Shown: positions 14,395-27,572 of the stretch, one piece after another | Layout: the number at the start of each line of letters is the position of its first letter | Position numbering within the stretch: the first letter of the stretch is position 1 | Assembly: GCF_963921235.1 (NCBI RefSeq) | Contig: NC_086111.1 | Span: 29,636,001 to 29,700,000, forward strand | DNA: 64,000 bases | Source of the DNA: Mobula hypostoma | Lineage: Eukaryota | Direction of reading: 5' to 3' | Translations under genes and position numbers: made by a program | Notes under the pieces: model-generated | The model's database searches: none | Told to the model about the DNA's origin: nothing | The model's input: the letters and a program-made list of their open reading frames with translations, nothing else

Positions 14395-15399
14395 AACAAT
14401 ATGTTTGGCTACAAGCAAGGCAGCGTCTGCTTCTTAGCCTGTCACCCTCATGACCCAGGTCTTAAACAACACCTAGCTCGTCAAGCTTGACAATAACATT
14501 TAATTCAAAACTTAATCTTAACGTTATCATTTTCTTCCACAAATATATTGAGCTAAGCATGTCTGGGTGGAGGGAAGGTCCATCAGGTAAAAGGCCTGGC
14601 AGGCCTTCTTTGACAGTTCCCTCAATTGATATTCAAGACTGCATTTCCCACTGGGTTTTCTACTTTGCTTCCATCAATTACAAGCATCTTTGAATGTTAA
14701 TTTGGGCAAGCTTTATTTTTATGTTTACCTTGGAAGAGATAATTTTTTCTCTGACAACCAGAAAGAAATTTAGGTGCTGCTTTAAACCATCATTTAGCCA
14801 AAATAGAATTTCATGTCTCTGTATTTATTGAACCATTTATTGATTTTGAACAGCTGTTTGCTTCATCATTGTAAATCTCCAATTCCATACACATATGCCT
14901 ATGAATCATTCAGTGTTGAATGCAACCCTTTAAGGATTATGTAAAAAAATAACTTCAACACCTGCCCATCTGAAAAAATATACTGCCAGACCAAAACCTT
15001 AAAGACACAAGGTGATCATCATTGGCTGTAAATCATTGTGTACGCCCTGACATTGTGACAACTTTTCATTTCACTTCCTTTTCCTCTGTCATTGAAATTG
15101 ATATCTTGAGCAAGCACTAACATGGCTGATTGCCCTGCCATTTTAGGAGGATTAACCAAATTGCAAAGATACTCTGCACCATGAGGACAATGGCTTATTA
15201 ACACAATGGAAGATGAGAGCAAGATTCTTGAAAAACTCCTCTTCAATAGTCAAATCTTACAGCATACAAAAAGAAAATTCCAGGTGATTTATGCTGTCAT
15301 CAAAAAGGAAACACTAACATCTGTGGTTGTAGATAAACTGATACATTTCAGAGCAGAACATAATGATAATCAAACTCTGATATCGCTACATCAGTTCAG

Positions 15400-15770
15400 A
15401 TAAAAATCCAATGGTTGGGCAAAGCAGGAGCAGATGGAATTTAATTATGCTAAATTAAATGATAAAGAGGCTGAGGGGTGACCTGATAGAAGCATACCTC
15501 TTCTAGGGGCATAGAGATGATAGATAATCAGTAAGTTTATCCCCCAAGGTAGGCATAGTAAAAACAAGGCAGCATAGTTTTAATATGAAAGAAAGGAGCT
15601 TTAGAGGATTTGGGTGAGAGGTTTTAAAGTAGACAGAATGGAACTCACTTAAATAGGTGAGCACAGAAAGAAATGGGCCTAGTACAAGCAAATGGTTTAG
15701 TGCAGATGCATAAAAAATTCAGCATGAATGCAGAGGCAAAAAAGGCTGGAAAGCTCTATGACTATAGTAT
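15400..15770 (+). mobile_element. Degenerate CR1 3' fragment
   Basis: RLRGDLIEAY and TRQHSF-like motifs; CR1-like tail. Confidence 0.5.
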
Positions 15771-17875
15771 TAATAGAGAGATAAAATATCATGGAGGCAC
15801 AGATGCTAGATCATTTATTTTGATAATAAAAGGCAAGGCCATGTTTCAGCTTTGAAGTTGGCACTGTCGCTGTTAGCTTCACAGTACTAACAGATTGTAA
15901 GCTTGGCGGTGGACTCCATTATCTATTTTCCAAAGATGCAGAGCTTTCAATAAGGAGTGGTCTTTCATGGCATGAACAATATTCATAGGTTGGACTATTA
16001 ACATGCACTCAACAATCATACTAGAGTTAATTGAAGTGTGGGTTTGGCAGACCACTTGAATAGACAGAATTCACGCCTTTGTGGCAGAAAAATGCACTGT
16101 TCCAGAAATATAATTCAAACTAATCAAATTTAGTCATTATAAATCACTAACAGTGATTTCACTCCAGAGATTGTGAGGCATTTCTCATACATCAGGTTTG
16201 CACTGCCTCCATACCAACAGATAAAACTATGAAATCACCTAAACAGAGCCGAAAATTTGGTGGTATTGTGGCTGCAAGAAAAATATCATAATGAGCTCTA
16301 CTCACAGTCACTCACAAACTGAGCATCGTTCATAAATGCAAGATTTTCATGCCACCAACATTAAGTTCTGAATGGAACCACAAGTGTCAATTTGGGGAAA
16401 CCACTAAATACATGCATGTTTTTGACCCTGACAGATTTATACTATGGAACAATGGAGGAAATTATTTCCCTGAAGCATAGAGCACTTGTTGCGTCATTTA
16501 TATCACTGTGAACAACAAATGAAATATGGCACATATCAGCCAGAAGTGTCTGGAATGATCTCAAGGCTATGAATCAGAATATGACAGTAACTTCAGCTAT
16601 AAGAGCAGCTCTGACAAGTGGAAGCTGAAACTCAGGCCACCAATTTTATATCAACCACTTTGTTAGACCTTAAACTTCAATAGTCACAGCTCCTCAGAGA
16701 GGTCTAAATAGGCCAATGGGTCCTTGCCGGATAGAGGGCTTTGGTCTTTTCTCATTAGGTTAAAGGCACTTGCTTCAGTTTCAGTTCTATCAGCAATAAC
16801 AGATGGAGTATGATGCATAAATTCTTTGTAGTGTTTCCAGATTCAGAAACCTCAGTTATGTTTGACAACAGAGTTTGGAATAATATATCAACCTCAGGTG
16901 CAGGGTGCCAAGTACAGAAGATACAAGTGAAATTGTGAATGTGTTTAGAATTTATACAACTCCACAGCAAGCAAGATGATGAAAACCTTAGTGGCTTATG
17001 ACTTGGAACATAATTGAATTTCATGTGGCTCTGCATGAGGATGTGTGGCACTGGAAATTCATAACATGTACCCCCATCCCCAAGTGCAAATCACTTCAGT
17101 GAATACCAGATAAATTTCCAGTCTAACATGCAATAACCCAGTATTGATTTTTAAAATTACGTTTTACTCTGGGACAAATTGATTTTCAATAGCATAAAGC
17201 TGAAGCAAAAGTGAATGCATTTCTAAGCCATTCTTATCTTGTGGTGGTTCTGCCTTAAACCAAAATCTACTCCAATTATAAACAATTCTACGTTGTTCAA
17301 TTATTCAGTGACTTAATTGGAGATTTAGTCAAATATGCTTGGTTGGTCAGTCTTGAAAAGATATTCAAACACATCAATGAATTTTTCAGGAAAAGAAGCA
17401 AATTATGTCACTACACGCACAAAAACATCTATACCAAATACAAAAATATAATTTTAAAACAAATGTGCAATATTTTCATATCACATACATTTCCAAATGT
17501 TTACACAAACTTGGCACATTTTCTAGTTGTCCTAGACTGCAGAGTGCAGTACAAAAAGACATACTAAATGCCAAAATCATTCATCAGTTATCAGGTTATC
17601 ATTTATCAGAAGAATAAAACTAAATGAAAAAACAAAATATTAAACTATTCAGAATCACTTCCCTCTCAATATTCTAAGTCTTTACCACAAAATCATCCAG
17701 GGAAAAAGAAACACAATTCCTTTCATCAACATCTCCAACTCCAGAAGTTGTCAACAATCTCAGACATTTTTAGAAAAAAAATTCTAATTGACAATATTAT
17801 ATCCCATTTTAGGTCCGTTTACAATTATAAAGAACAGCCCACTGTGGTGTTTATAGCTTTCTGAATAAGTCTTAC

Positions 17876-18754
17876 CTCTACTAGATGTGGAGTTGGATTA
17901 AAGCCACACATGTTGCACACTTGGACTTTGCATTCAGTACAATTGTTGAAGTTGGGAGGCTGATTCGATCCCACATTCAGTTCTGTTTTACATAATGGGC
18001 ACAATGCTTTGGGCTTGATGGCTTCTTTCTGTTGAGCAACTGGCTCTGGTTTTACTTGTTTAACTGAAGAAGCATTCCTAGTTTTCATTTGCATCCCTGG
18101 TATCGAACCCTGTAACTTTGAACTCATTTCGGTGCTTTGATCACTGAAAACTATTTTTGGAGCCTGTTTAGCAGCAGACCCTTTTGCAGGTGATTGCTGG
18201 CCTGGTGGAGTCTGTTCTGGCTGTGTGGATATAAGGTTTGTAGCCTGGTTTAAAAGGGAAGTTCCAAACCCAAACAGTTTACCAGTAATGCCCTCCTGCT
18301 CCTGGGATATACTGGTTGGACCAGCTTGTGTTCTTGCTGGTGAACTATCTGCTGCTCTCCTTTGTTCTGCAGGTGAAGGCTTCGTTTGCTGACTCTGACC
18401 CATAGGCCTGGTTGACTCTGATGGGCCAACAGGCTTTGGTTGGCCATGAAGGTGTGGTTGAGATTGATCAGTTGTTGACCCTTGCTTTTCACTCTGACTG
18501 GGTTGCATCTTGGTTTCAGGTCTGGTTTGCACAGCAGATGGGGTTTTAGGGAGTTCTCTTTTAACCGGAGTGGTCTTTCCTTTTTGGAGTCCATGATCTG
18601 ACTGAGAATGCCTCTGCACATTTGCTTGTGGTTCTGTTTGGGGCTGGTGTGATGGAGAGTGTAATTGCTGATGACTTTTGGAACGAGGTGCAGTGGTCAT
18701 GTCCATTCCCAACGCTCTTTGCATCTGACAGTTTAAGCACAACCATTCTTCTAC
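17876..18754 (-). CDS. BSN: Bassoon coding exon (equivalent to mammalian exon 3); C-half of ZnF1, P/Q/S-rich linker, N-half of ZnF2
   Basis: VEEWLCLNCQMQRALGMDMTTAPRSKS...QEGITGKLFGFG...CPLCKTELNVGS...CGFNPTPHLVE; MQRALGMDMTTAPRSKS is Bassoon-type. Acceptor TTATAG|GTA at 18754, donor GAG|GTAAG at 17876; 879 nt, phase 0-0, in frame with the upstream exon. Confidence 0.95.
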
Positions 18755-19574
18755 CTATAAAATAAATGATAGCTCAGTTAGGACATCTGAATCATTATTG
18801 GCTGTGGCACAAAAAAAGTACTTGAACTTTAGTACTCTAAATGTACAGCAAAACTACTCCAAAGTGGACCAGTTTATTCAGCTTCCAGTCAGAGGAAATT
18901 TGGTCAGATTAGAGGTGATGTCCCCGTTACACTATTAATGCAATGGGGACTCTATTTGAACAAGCAGTACTATTTCATCCAAAGGTTATTTCCAACAAAG
19001 CAGCACCAGCCTAGATATATTTGTCTAGAAAAATCAGAAATTAAGCATAGCTTAACACTCTAAATATCCTGAAGAATATATTCTCTAACTTTTTCAAAAC
19101 CAAAATGATTGCCATTTGGTATTAATTTCGACAAGTTCTTTGTCTTGCATCTTTTCTGTCAACAAGCCCGACATTTCAGAGCCAGCTATCATAAGAATGT
19201 CTCATGCAATAGGGTCATCCAAAGTTACCTGAGTCATTTAACAAGCATGATAAAAATAATGAGACAAGTATCCATATTTTAAAAAGTTGGATTAAATAGC
19301 TGAAAAATTTGGGAAGATATTATATTTACAGATGTTTAGGTAACAGTAAAGCAAGCCAGTTTAACAGCCAATAGAACTCCAACATCAATCACTTTATTGA
19401 CCAATCTGATTAATGAGGAAGTGTTTTCTTGGTGATTGTGATCTTTTTCTCCAGTATAGAATTGGAAACAGCAGAACTTGAGTAAAGCTTCAGACTCCGG
19501 AGAATTGAGTGTGTACCCATGGTTGCTGAGAGATAAGTGAACTGGGTTGCAAATGCTGGAATAAGTTTTAAAAA

Positions 19575-20186
19575 AGTGTTAGCTTTCATAAGTCGAGGGA
19601 TAGAGTTTAAGAGTCGCGATGTAATGATGCAGCTCTATAAAACTCTGGTTAGGCCACACTTGGAGTATTGTGTCCAGTTCTGGTCACCTCACTATAGGAA
19701 GGATGTGGAAGCATTGGAAAGGGTGCAGAGGAGATTTACCAGGATGCTGCCTGGTTTAAAAAGTATGCATTATGATCAGAGATTAAGGGAGCTAGGGCTT
19801 TACTCTTTGGAGAGAAGGAGGATGAGAGGAGACATAATAGAGGAGTACAAGATAATAAGAGGAATAGATAGAGTGGATAGCCAGCGCCTCTTCCCCAGGG
19901 CACCACTGCTCAATACAAGAGGACATGGCTTTAAGGTAAGGGGTGGGAAGTTCAAGGGGGACATTAGAGGAAGGTTTTTTTACTCAGAGAGTGGTTGGTG
20001 CGTGGAATGCACTGCCTGAGTCAGTGGTGGAGGCAGATACACTAGTGAAGTTTAAGAGACTACTAGACAGGTATATGGAGGAATCTAAGGTGGGGGCTTA
20101 TATGGGAGGCAGGGTTTGAGGGTCGGCACAACATTGTGGGCCGAAGGGCCTGTACTGTGCTGTACTATTCTATGTTCTATGTTCTA
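19575..20186 (+). mobile_element. Relatively young 5'-truncated CR1 LINE
   Basis: LAFISRGIEFKSRDVMMQLYKTLVRPHLEYCVQFWSPHYRKD...; (TTCTATG)n tail at about 20168-20186. Confidence 0.93.
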
Positions 20187-20479
20187 AGGAGAACAAATTG
20201 TCATTCTGCATCAGCACGTGGAAGGAAATACAAAAGTCAAAAACACATAAGATGTTGGAAATCAAAACTAAAAACAGAACATGTTTGAAAACCTGTGAAA
20301 AGAAAATTAATGTTTCAGTCCAAAACCTTTCATTAGAATTGAGAAAGAAGGAAATAAGTTCGACCAAGTAGCAAAAATATGTCAGACTAAGAATTTCTTT
20401 TTCAGGGATTAAAAACTAGGCAGTTAAAATAAGATTCAGCTTCTTGCCGGTACAACTTGTTAATCTTGTATGATCTCTG

Positions 20480-21131
20480 TGAAATCCCCTGGTTTCCTTG
20501 GCTCCGTAAGACTAGGGAAAACACTCTCCGGTCCCGTCAAACTCGTGAGATTGAGACGGCTCTCCCGTCCCCAAACCTCGGTTTGTGTGGATGCTGTGTA
20601 ATTTGTTACCGTTACAAATTAGTACCATGAAATAACAGACAGTGAACTGTATACGATTAAAGGAATTATGTTTATGAATCTTAACTTGATTAAAGGGTTA
20701 GTAAAGAAAAACAAAAAGGGCCCATTTTAATTAAACAGTCATATGTGCACAAGTTGCAGCTCATCTTGAATTTCTCTGTCACTCACGCGCTGGGCCCTCA
20801 GTCTACGTGAAAGCACACACCACCTTTCGAACGGTGCTCACAATCCATCTCAAACAAACAGGTCTCCCACTGGGTCATATCCTTCAACCGGCTCTCCCCA
20901 GCGTCTTCTCTCTCCATCTCCCGCCGAACAAAAAAACCTCTAAGACCACCTTAGTATCCCTCACCAATAAAACCTCTTAGTTGGATGGCACACATTCATG
21001 AATTGGATGGCACACATCCCTTATCATCAACAATAACCCAAACAGGCTGAAAGCAGAACAGACTGCCCTCACAGAACTGCTAAATGAAATACCTACAGCA
21101 CGACAGTAAAGATGTGAACCAAGGCATTACA
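20480..21131 (-). mobile_element. Probable solo LTR
   Basis: TG...CA termini with imperfect inverted ends (TGAAATCCC / GGCATTACA); near-match 4-bp flanks TCTG/TGTG; no coding content. Confidence 0.55.
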
Positions 21132-21981
21132 TGTGTAATATTGTATAGTTTGAATATATCAAAAAAAAATTCAGTAAGGTAGGCAAAACTGGCCAAAAAT
21201 AAAGAGCAAGTAATCTAAAGTTGGAAAATTTGACTGAGCCCTGCAGGTTACAATATGCCCAGGTAAGTGAGGTGCCATTTATTGAACTTGCATTGAGCCT
21301 TGTTGTACTAGTACAGGAGGCTACACACAAAGAGATCCAACTGGGAGAGGGATAGTATATTGAAGTGACAGGCAACAAAAAGCCCATGAGCTCAAAGTGA
21401 TCACCTGAACAAGGATTGTGCCACACTGGCCACTGAAAGACAAGTGACACGTGGATGCCCATAGCCACACTTTCAATCTGGAGAAAGAGAAACTGACAGC
21501 ATTAGTTAATATGAGGAACAGCCAGGCAAACAAGTGTTTGGAAGGAGGAGAACTGTACAAGGAAGCAGAAGCAAGGAAGCTAACAAAGATTCACATGATG
21601 TTACAGCCAATTCATTGACTTCTAACAGAATAAATGTTTTAATTGTAAACACTATTTGAATCTCATCAGTTACTGATATACAAAGTAATTGCTAAAAATA
21701 CATCAGTCAAAAGTTGAAACTGATCCAACCACTTTGACCTTAATTCTTCTACTTAGCAAATGCACTCATTAGTCAAATAGATTCTGATTTTGCTTAAGAA
21801 ATTTTATTGACGATCACGATGTTGGTACTGTTTCCAATTCAAAATAAACTTAGTTACGATTAAAATCGACCCTTTCTAAAAGGAGAATCTTGCATCAATA
21901 TAGCATATTTCATAAACTGAAGACCCTTACATACTCATGAAATTTAGCCAAAAGTAACAACAGATTTGCACTTAACATATC

Positions 21982-22484
21982 TTTCTTTTTAAATCTTTTT
22001 ATTAAATAAGTATACAAAAAGGTAAGCCATATAGACACTAATACATTGTTAGAATATAATAAAATTACAGAAGATATTAATACAAAAAAAAACTACAAAC
22101 AATGTAATTTAAACATAACATACCAAGGTAACATAATAGTATACTAATTTTATATATATATCAATGGAGAAAAAGAAAAAAAACCCCCAAAAAAAAACCC
22201 ACCGTGCAACTAACTAAAAGCAACGCAAAGCAATGGGCTAACTTGAAACCAAACAGAGTTAAACTTAAAATCACATCCTCAATCCCGACCTCCATTAAAA
22301 ACAGTGAAAAAAACAAGAAGGGTATATATTACATTAAATGAAAATATTGAATAAAAGATCTCCAAGTCTGTTCAAATTTAAATGAGGAGTCATAAAGATT
22401 GCTTCTAATTTTCTCCAAATTCAAGCATAATATCGTCTGAGAAAACCAAAAAAAGGTAGTTGGAGCATTAAGCTCTTTCCAATG
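21982..22484 (-). mobile_element. Short 5'-truncated L1 (different subfamily from 11177-14394)
   Basis: Minus strand encodes WKELNAPTTFFWFSQTILCLNLEKIR...FIQYFHLM*; polyA signal and tail; 8-bp TSD AACATATC at 21974-21981 and 22485-22492. Confidence 0.88.
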
Positions 22485-23039
22485 AACATATCGAAATCCA
22501 TCCTGTTAACTTCCACTGTACCTTTATCATCTTATTTAACTCTCATTTTTAATCTTACATTCTGTCTCTTGCCATTTTATTTCCATTGCATCTGAACAAT
22601 TGTTTTCAGATTTTATTATTGCACAAACAACCCATTTCCCACAAAGTGCTTATTTCTTGCACTAAAGAGATATTATCAATTAACTGAAAGGTTAAACTAG
22701 GCACTATTGATGAGGCTTTGAAAAATCTGACCATTCTGTACATCTTATAATTTATACCCACAATAAGCTGAATGAAGTGCTCATAAGAATTCGTGAAGAT
22801 GATGAGGAGTGAGCCACCTGGCCCATTGAGCCTGCTTCATGTTCATCAAGATCGTAGCCAATTTTCTACCACAGCTTGATTTTCCTGTGAAAACCACACA
22901 TCTTACTTTCCTTAATATTCAGAAATCTATTGACCAGTTTTACTGAACTCTCTAACAGATCCTCCAGAACATTCCAGAGTAGAGAATGCCAAAGATTTAC
23001 AGCAATCTGAGTGAAATAAATATTCCTCTAAACCAATAC

Positions 23040-23990
23040 TAAGCATTATTACTGACGGTGCATCTTCCTTTGTATTTTTCTAATGTCATTTGCACATTGA
23101 TTGTTTGTCCATTCTATTAGGTGCAGTCTTTCATTGATTCTATTGTGTTTCTTGGATTTACTGTGCATGCCTGCAAGAAAATGAATCTCAGGGTTGCATA
23201 TGGTAACATATACGGTATGTACTTCGATAATAATATATTTACTTTACTTTAAGAGACTGTACATCCTTCTCAACTGATTTCAACAAGTGTAGCAGCAGGA
23301 CCACAATGCCATGCGAGATGGCTTTTCAGAGGTCGCTCCTGGACCTCTTGCACTTTCCTGGGTCGCCACACTTGAACACCACCAATCTGGCCCTTAGCAG
23401 ATTGCAGCTCTCTTGGTTTATGCAGGGCTTCTGCTAGGGGAAGACTTTGAATAATTTCATAGGTACACATTAGTCCATGAGTGCCTTTATGAAGTCCTTA
23501 AATACCACAGTGTATACATTCAGATCCTCTGATGACTCGAAGCAATCCTATAGCTGCTTCTCTGCCTCCTGTAACCACATCTTACCTCTGGTGCCTTGCT
23601 CTTAAGCTTCTGCCTGCATGCAGGTAGTACAGCCAGATGATCAGATTTCTTGAAATGCAGTCTAGGGATTGGATGGTAGACATTCTTGATAGTAGTGCAA
23701 CAGTGATCCAGTAAGCTGTGACCCCTGGTGCTGCAGTTGATTTGCTGATGATAGTTGGGCACTGATTTCTCTAAGCAAGCTTGACTGATGTCCCTGGCAA
23801 GGACGAGAAAGGGGTCTTGGCAGACTGTTTTTTATTTGCTAATCACAACACTCAATATATTGAGTGCTTGCTTAATATCTGCCTTTGGCAGTATGTAAAC
23901 TGTGGTCAGGATCACTGAGGAATCTCTTTCGATAAGTAGAATGGTCAGAACTTAATCATTAGATGTTCATTCCACATTTTTCTCTGATGT
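23040..23990. mobile_element. Rex1/Babar-type LINE fragments, including minus-strand endonuclease region
   Basis: Minus ORF with TRGHSLLDHC...KSDHLAV (APE endonuclease SDH motif). Confidence 0.6.
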
Positions 23991-24699
23991 TATGCTGGGA
24001 AATTGGCTCACTGAACCTGTGCTAGATTAGGCATGGTGCCTTTGCTTTGGGTGTGTTTTAATGTATGGCTATCAGGAGCAGGACAAATAAAACTTCCTTT
24101 TCTGCCACATAAGAAACTACAGATGCTGGAATCTGGAAAATCAATCGATCTGCTGGAGGAACTCAGTGGATCGAGCAGCATCTGATGTGGTGGTCGGTAG
24201 GAGAAAGAATTGTCAATACTGAGAGCAGTCTTGCCGAGCATTGTCTGGGCGTCTGAAAACCTGCATTAGGACTGAGTGGAGAGGGGCGTGGTGAACCTGG
24301 GATGATTGGTAGGTTCAGGAGAGGTGAAGGAAATGGGTAGGTGGAGAATGGGTTGGGAAGTTAAGGGGTAGATTTGGGAGGTGGAAATAGGTGAATTATG
24401 GATGGCGGCAGAGGAGGAAAACAGCAGATGGAGTGAGGTGAGGGAAGAGGGTTTAATGTCCCCACTATCCAGGCCATGATCTCTGTTTTCTGCTACCACC
24501 AGGAAGGAGGTACAGGAGCCTTGGGTCCCATCCCACCAGGTTCGGGAATAGTTATTACCCTACAACCATCAGGCTCCTGAATCAGAATGGATAACTTCAT
24601 TCACCATAACACTAAACTGATTACTGAACACAAACTGTGAACACACTCTCAAGCATCCACAACTCATTCTCCATATTATTTATGTGTTATTATTTTTTT

Positions 24700-24959
24700 G
24701 CTGGCTGGTGGCGTAGTGGCATCAGCGCTGGACTTCGGGGCGAGAGGTCCCAAGTACGAATCCAGCCGGCTCCCTTGCACGCTCTCCATCTGTGCCTGGG
24801 TTGAGTGTCGAGCTAACGACTCGACCATGTAAAAAAAAACCTGGAGAGGGATGGGCTCCGCCAGGTTTCAGATGCCCAAGACATGCCATACGATGAGCAT
24901 AAAAGCTTGTCATGACAGCGCCCCGACGACTCCATCGGGAGTTAAGGGTGCACACACAC
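24700..24959 (+). mobile_element. tRNA-derived SINE with (CA)n tail
   Basis: A-box TGGCGTAGTGG and B-box-like GTACGAATCC; ends GCACACACAC; inserted in a LINE 3' UTR. Confidence 0.65.
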
Positions 24960-26549
24960 TGAGTTAGTCTTTACACATTGGTTGCTTGTCAGTCTTTGAT
25001 TGTGTGTAGTTTTTCAATGATTTTATTGCATTTCTTTGCTCTACTGCAAATGCCTGCATGAAAATTACTTTCAGGATAGTACTTGGTGACATATACATAC
25101 TTTAATAAGAAACTTACTTTGAACTTTTGAAAAATGCAGAAGTTGGCACTGCCTCGGTTGACTCCAAGTCATTCATGCATGTCCTGGTCATCAGTATACT
25201 GACCAGAAGGCTGCACTTCAGCTTAAATTTTGTAATAATTTCAGATATGGACTTGCTTGTTTGTGGACCACGGTGGAAATTCAAATGCATTAATTCAAAG
25301 AGAAAGGTCTAAGAACGCAATGTAATGAAATCAACTAATTTATTAAGTTAGAATTTAGAACAACTATTATAATTTAACCACATCAAGGCACAAATACAGT
25401 AGTTCAAATCAAATCAAATCAGGTTTAATTATCATTCAAACCATACAAAGATACAGCTGAATGAGACAGTGTTCCTCTGGGGCCGAGGTGCAAAACATTC
25501 AAAGTAGCAAGCAAACATTCAAAAATAGCGAGCAAAAACTGGTATAGTCCAAGACTCTACGCGAAAATATCCAGCAGTTAACGGTACAGTTCCTCCAGCA
25601 GTGTACAGAGGCACGCAATCCTGTCTGTCCGTCCACCACTTGAACACGGGATAGCAGCACTAATGGGCAAGTTCAGGCCCCAGCCAAGCTCAACCACGTT
25701 GTAGCACTTCTATGTCTCTCACCTGGACTGTAGCAGCAGGCACACCTGAGGCTTGAGGCCTAGTTCTTGCTTCAACTGAGGCTACACAGCTTCCAAGTCA
25801 ACTGTCCCTCTACCAGATAAGGGTAACAGACCCTTGGCAACATTATTGCTGTCCAACAGAGTCTTGCAATCACAAGTGAAATGTCCGAGACAATCTCCCA
25901 TGGTTATACTGCACCAGCTCCGATGCTTCCGAGTAGCAGCCACAACACGGTCTGCCCAGGTCAACTCTTCTGAACCCAAACCAACTCCTCAGATATCCTG
26001 ACCACCTTCTCGGTTATCCCAACTAGCTTCTCCAACATGTTGGCTGACTCTGCTGCCAACACCAGTCCAAGCTACTCCGATCAACAAGCAGCTCACTGAT
26101 GGAGTAGCCCTGCACTACCCAATGTTCTTGGAGTAGTTTTGTCTTCGGATTGTGGAAAAAAACCAAAATTTTACGAAGTAAAAAAACACTTTGGTTGGCC
26201 GGAGAGGCCTCCGTGCTCGCACGCGCCACCATCTTACCGGACACTGGATGTTTGTGTGGAATTCGGGTTTGATTACAACCTCTAACTCTGTCTGTATGGA
26301 GTTGCATGTTCTCCCTGTGATCACAAGGGTTTCCTCTGGGCTGTCCAGTATCCTTCCACATCCCAGACTAGTAGGCTATTTGGCCATCTTACGTTCCTGT
26401 TTGCGTGTGTGCACGTACAGTGTATATTTTGTTGCTGGGGAAATGGGGAAGCAAAAATAGGATCAGTGCAGGTTGTGTAAAAATGGGTGATTTTTTGGTC
26501 ACTTTGAACTTGGTGAGCCTATAGGCCTCTTTCTGTGCTATAACTAGAT

Positions 26550-27110
26550 ACATAGAAAGATACTTTACTGATCCCTAAGGAAATTACGGTGTCACAGTAG
26601 CATTACAAGTGCACAGATATACAGATATTAGAAGAGAAGAGAGAAAGAATAAAAATTAGGTTACCTCTGTCTAACAAGAGGGGGTCATCACTTCCCTGGC
26701 TATAGATTGACTCATTATAGAGCCTAATGGCGGAAGGTAAGAATGACCTCATATAGTGCTCTTTGGAGCAGCGCAGTTGTCTTAGTTCATTACTAAAATT
26801 GCTTTGTTAAGGCTGAGAAACATTGTCCAGAATTGCCAGGATTTTCTGTAGGGTCCTTTGTTCCACCACAGCTTCTAGTGTGTCCATTTTGACTCCTATA
26901 ACAGAACCAACCTTCCTAACCAGTTTACTAAACCTGTGTTGATGCCATTGCCTCAGTACATCACCGCACAGAAGATTGTACTGGTGACAACAGACTAGTA
27001 GAACATGTGAAGGAGACGCCTGCATACTCCAAAGGACTTCCATCTCCTCAGGAAGTGGAGGCGAGTCTGGCCCTTCTTGTACAAGCCTCTGTGTTGGTGC
27101 TCCACTTATG
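26550..27110 (-). mobile_element. Rex1/Babar-type LINE 3' fragment
   Basis: KLVRKVGSVIG...LEAVVEQRTLQKILAILDN C-terminal motif. Confidence 0.65.
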
Positions 27111-27371
27111 CCTGTCACCCAATTGTGACTATGAGACAAATGGCAAAATAAAATGCAAATATAACTTTCACTAATGGTGTAAAATGATACTGGACTGCTG
27201 TTTGCAACTTCAAATTGCACAGCGTAAGCCTACAAAATTATAGAAAGATTAAGTGTTTGAAAATGAGGTCAAGGAAGTGTGAATGGGAAACTTTAAAATG
27301 GTATGTGTAAGTACATTTTCATAACACTGCTCATTAGTTTTACTTAGACCAGGAATTGTTTTAAAGGCAAA

Positions 27372-27572
27372 AAAGAGAAAACCTGCAGATGCTGGAAATC
27401 CAAGTAACACACAAAATGCTGGAGGAATTCAGCAGGCCAGGCAGCATCTATGAAAGAGAGTACAGTCAACTTTTCAGTCCTGCTGAAGGGTCTCAGCCCA
27501 AAACATCGACTGTACTCTTTTTCCATAGAGGCTGCCTGGCCTGCTGAGTTCCTTCAGCATTTTATGTGTGTT
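27372..27572. mobile_element. Short fold-back Penelope-derived element
   Basis: CACACAAAATGCTGGAGGAA...TTCCTTCAGCATTTTATGTGTG inverted arms; degenerate hammerhead near 27477-27512. Confidence 0.7.

Noticed and set aside
1-17875. Next BSN exon (C-half of ZnF2)
   Set aside because: No EWLCLNC-type minus-strand frame found; it must lie beyond the left edge of the window.
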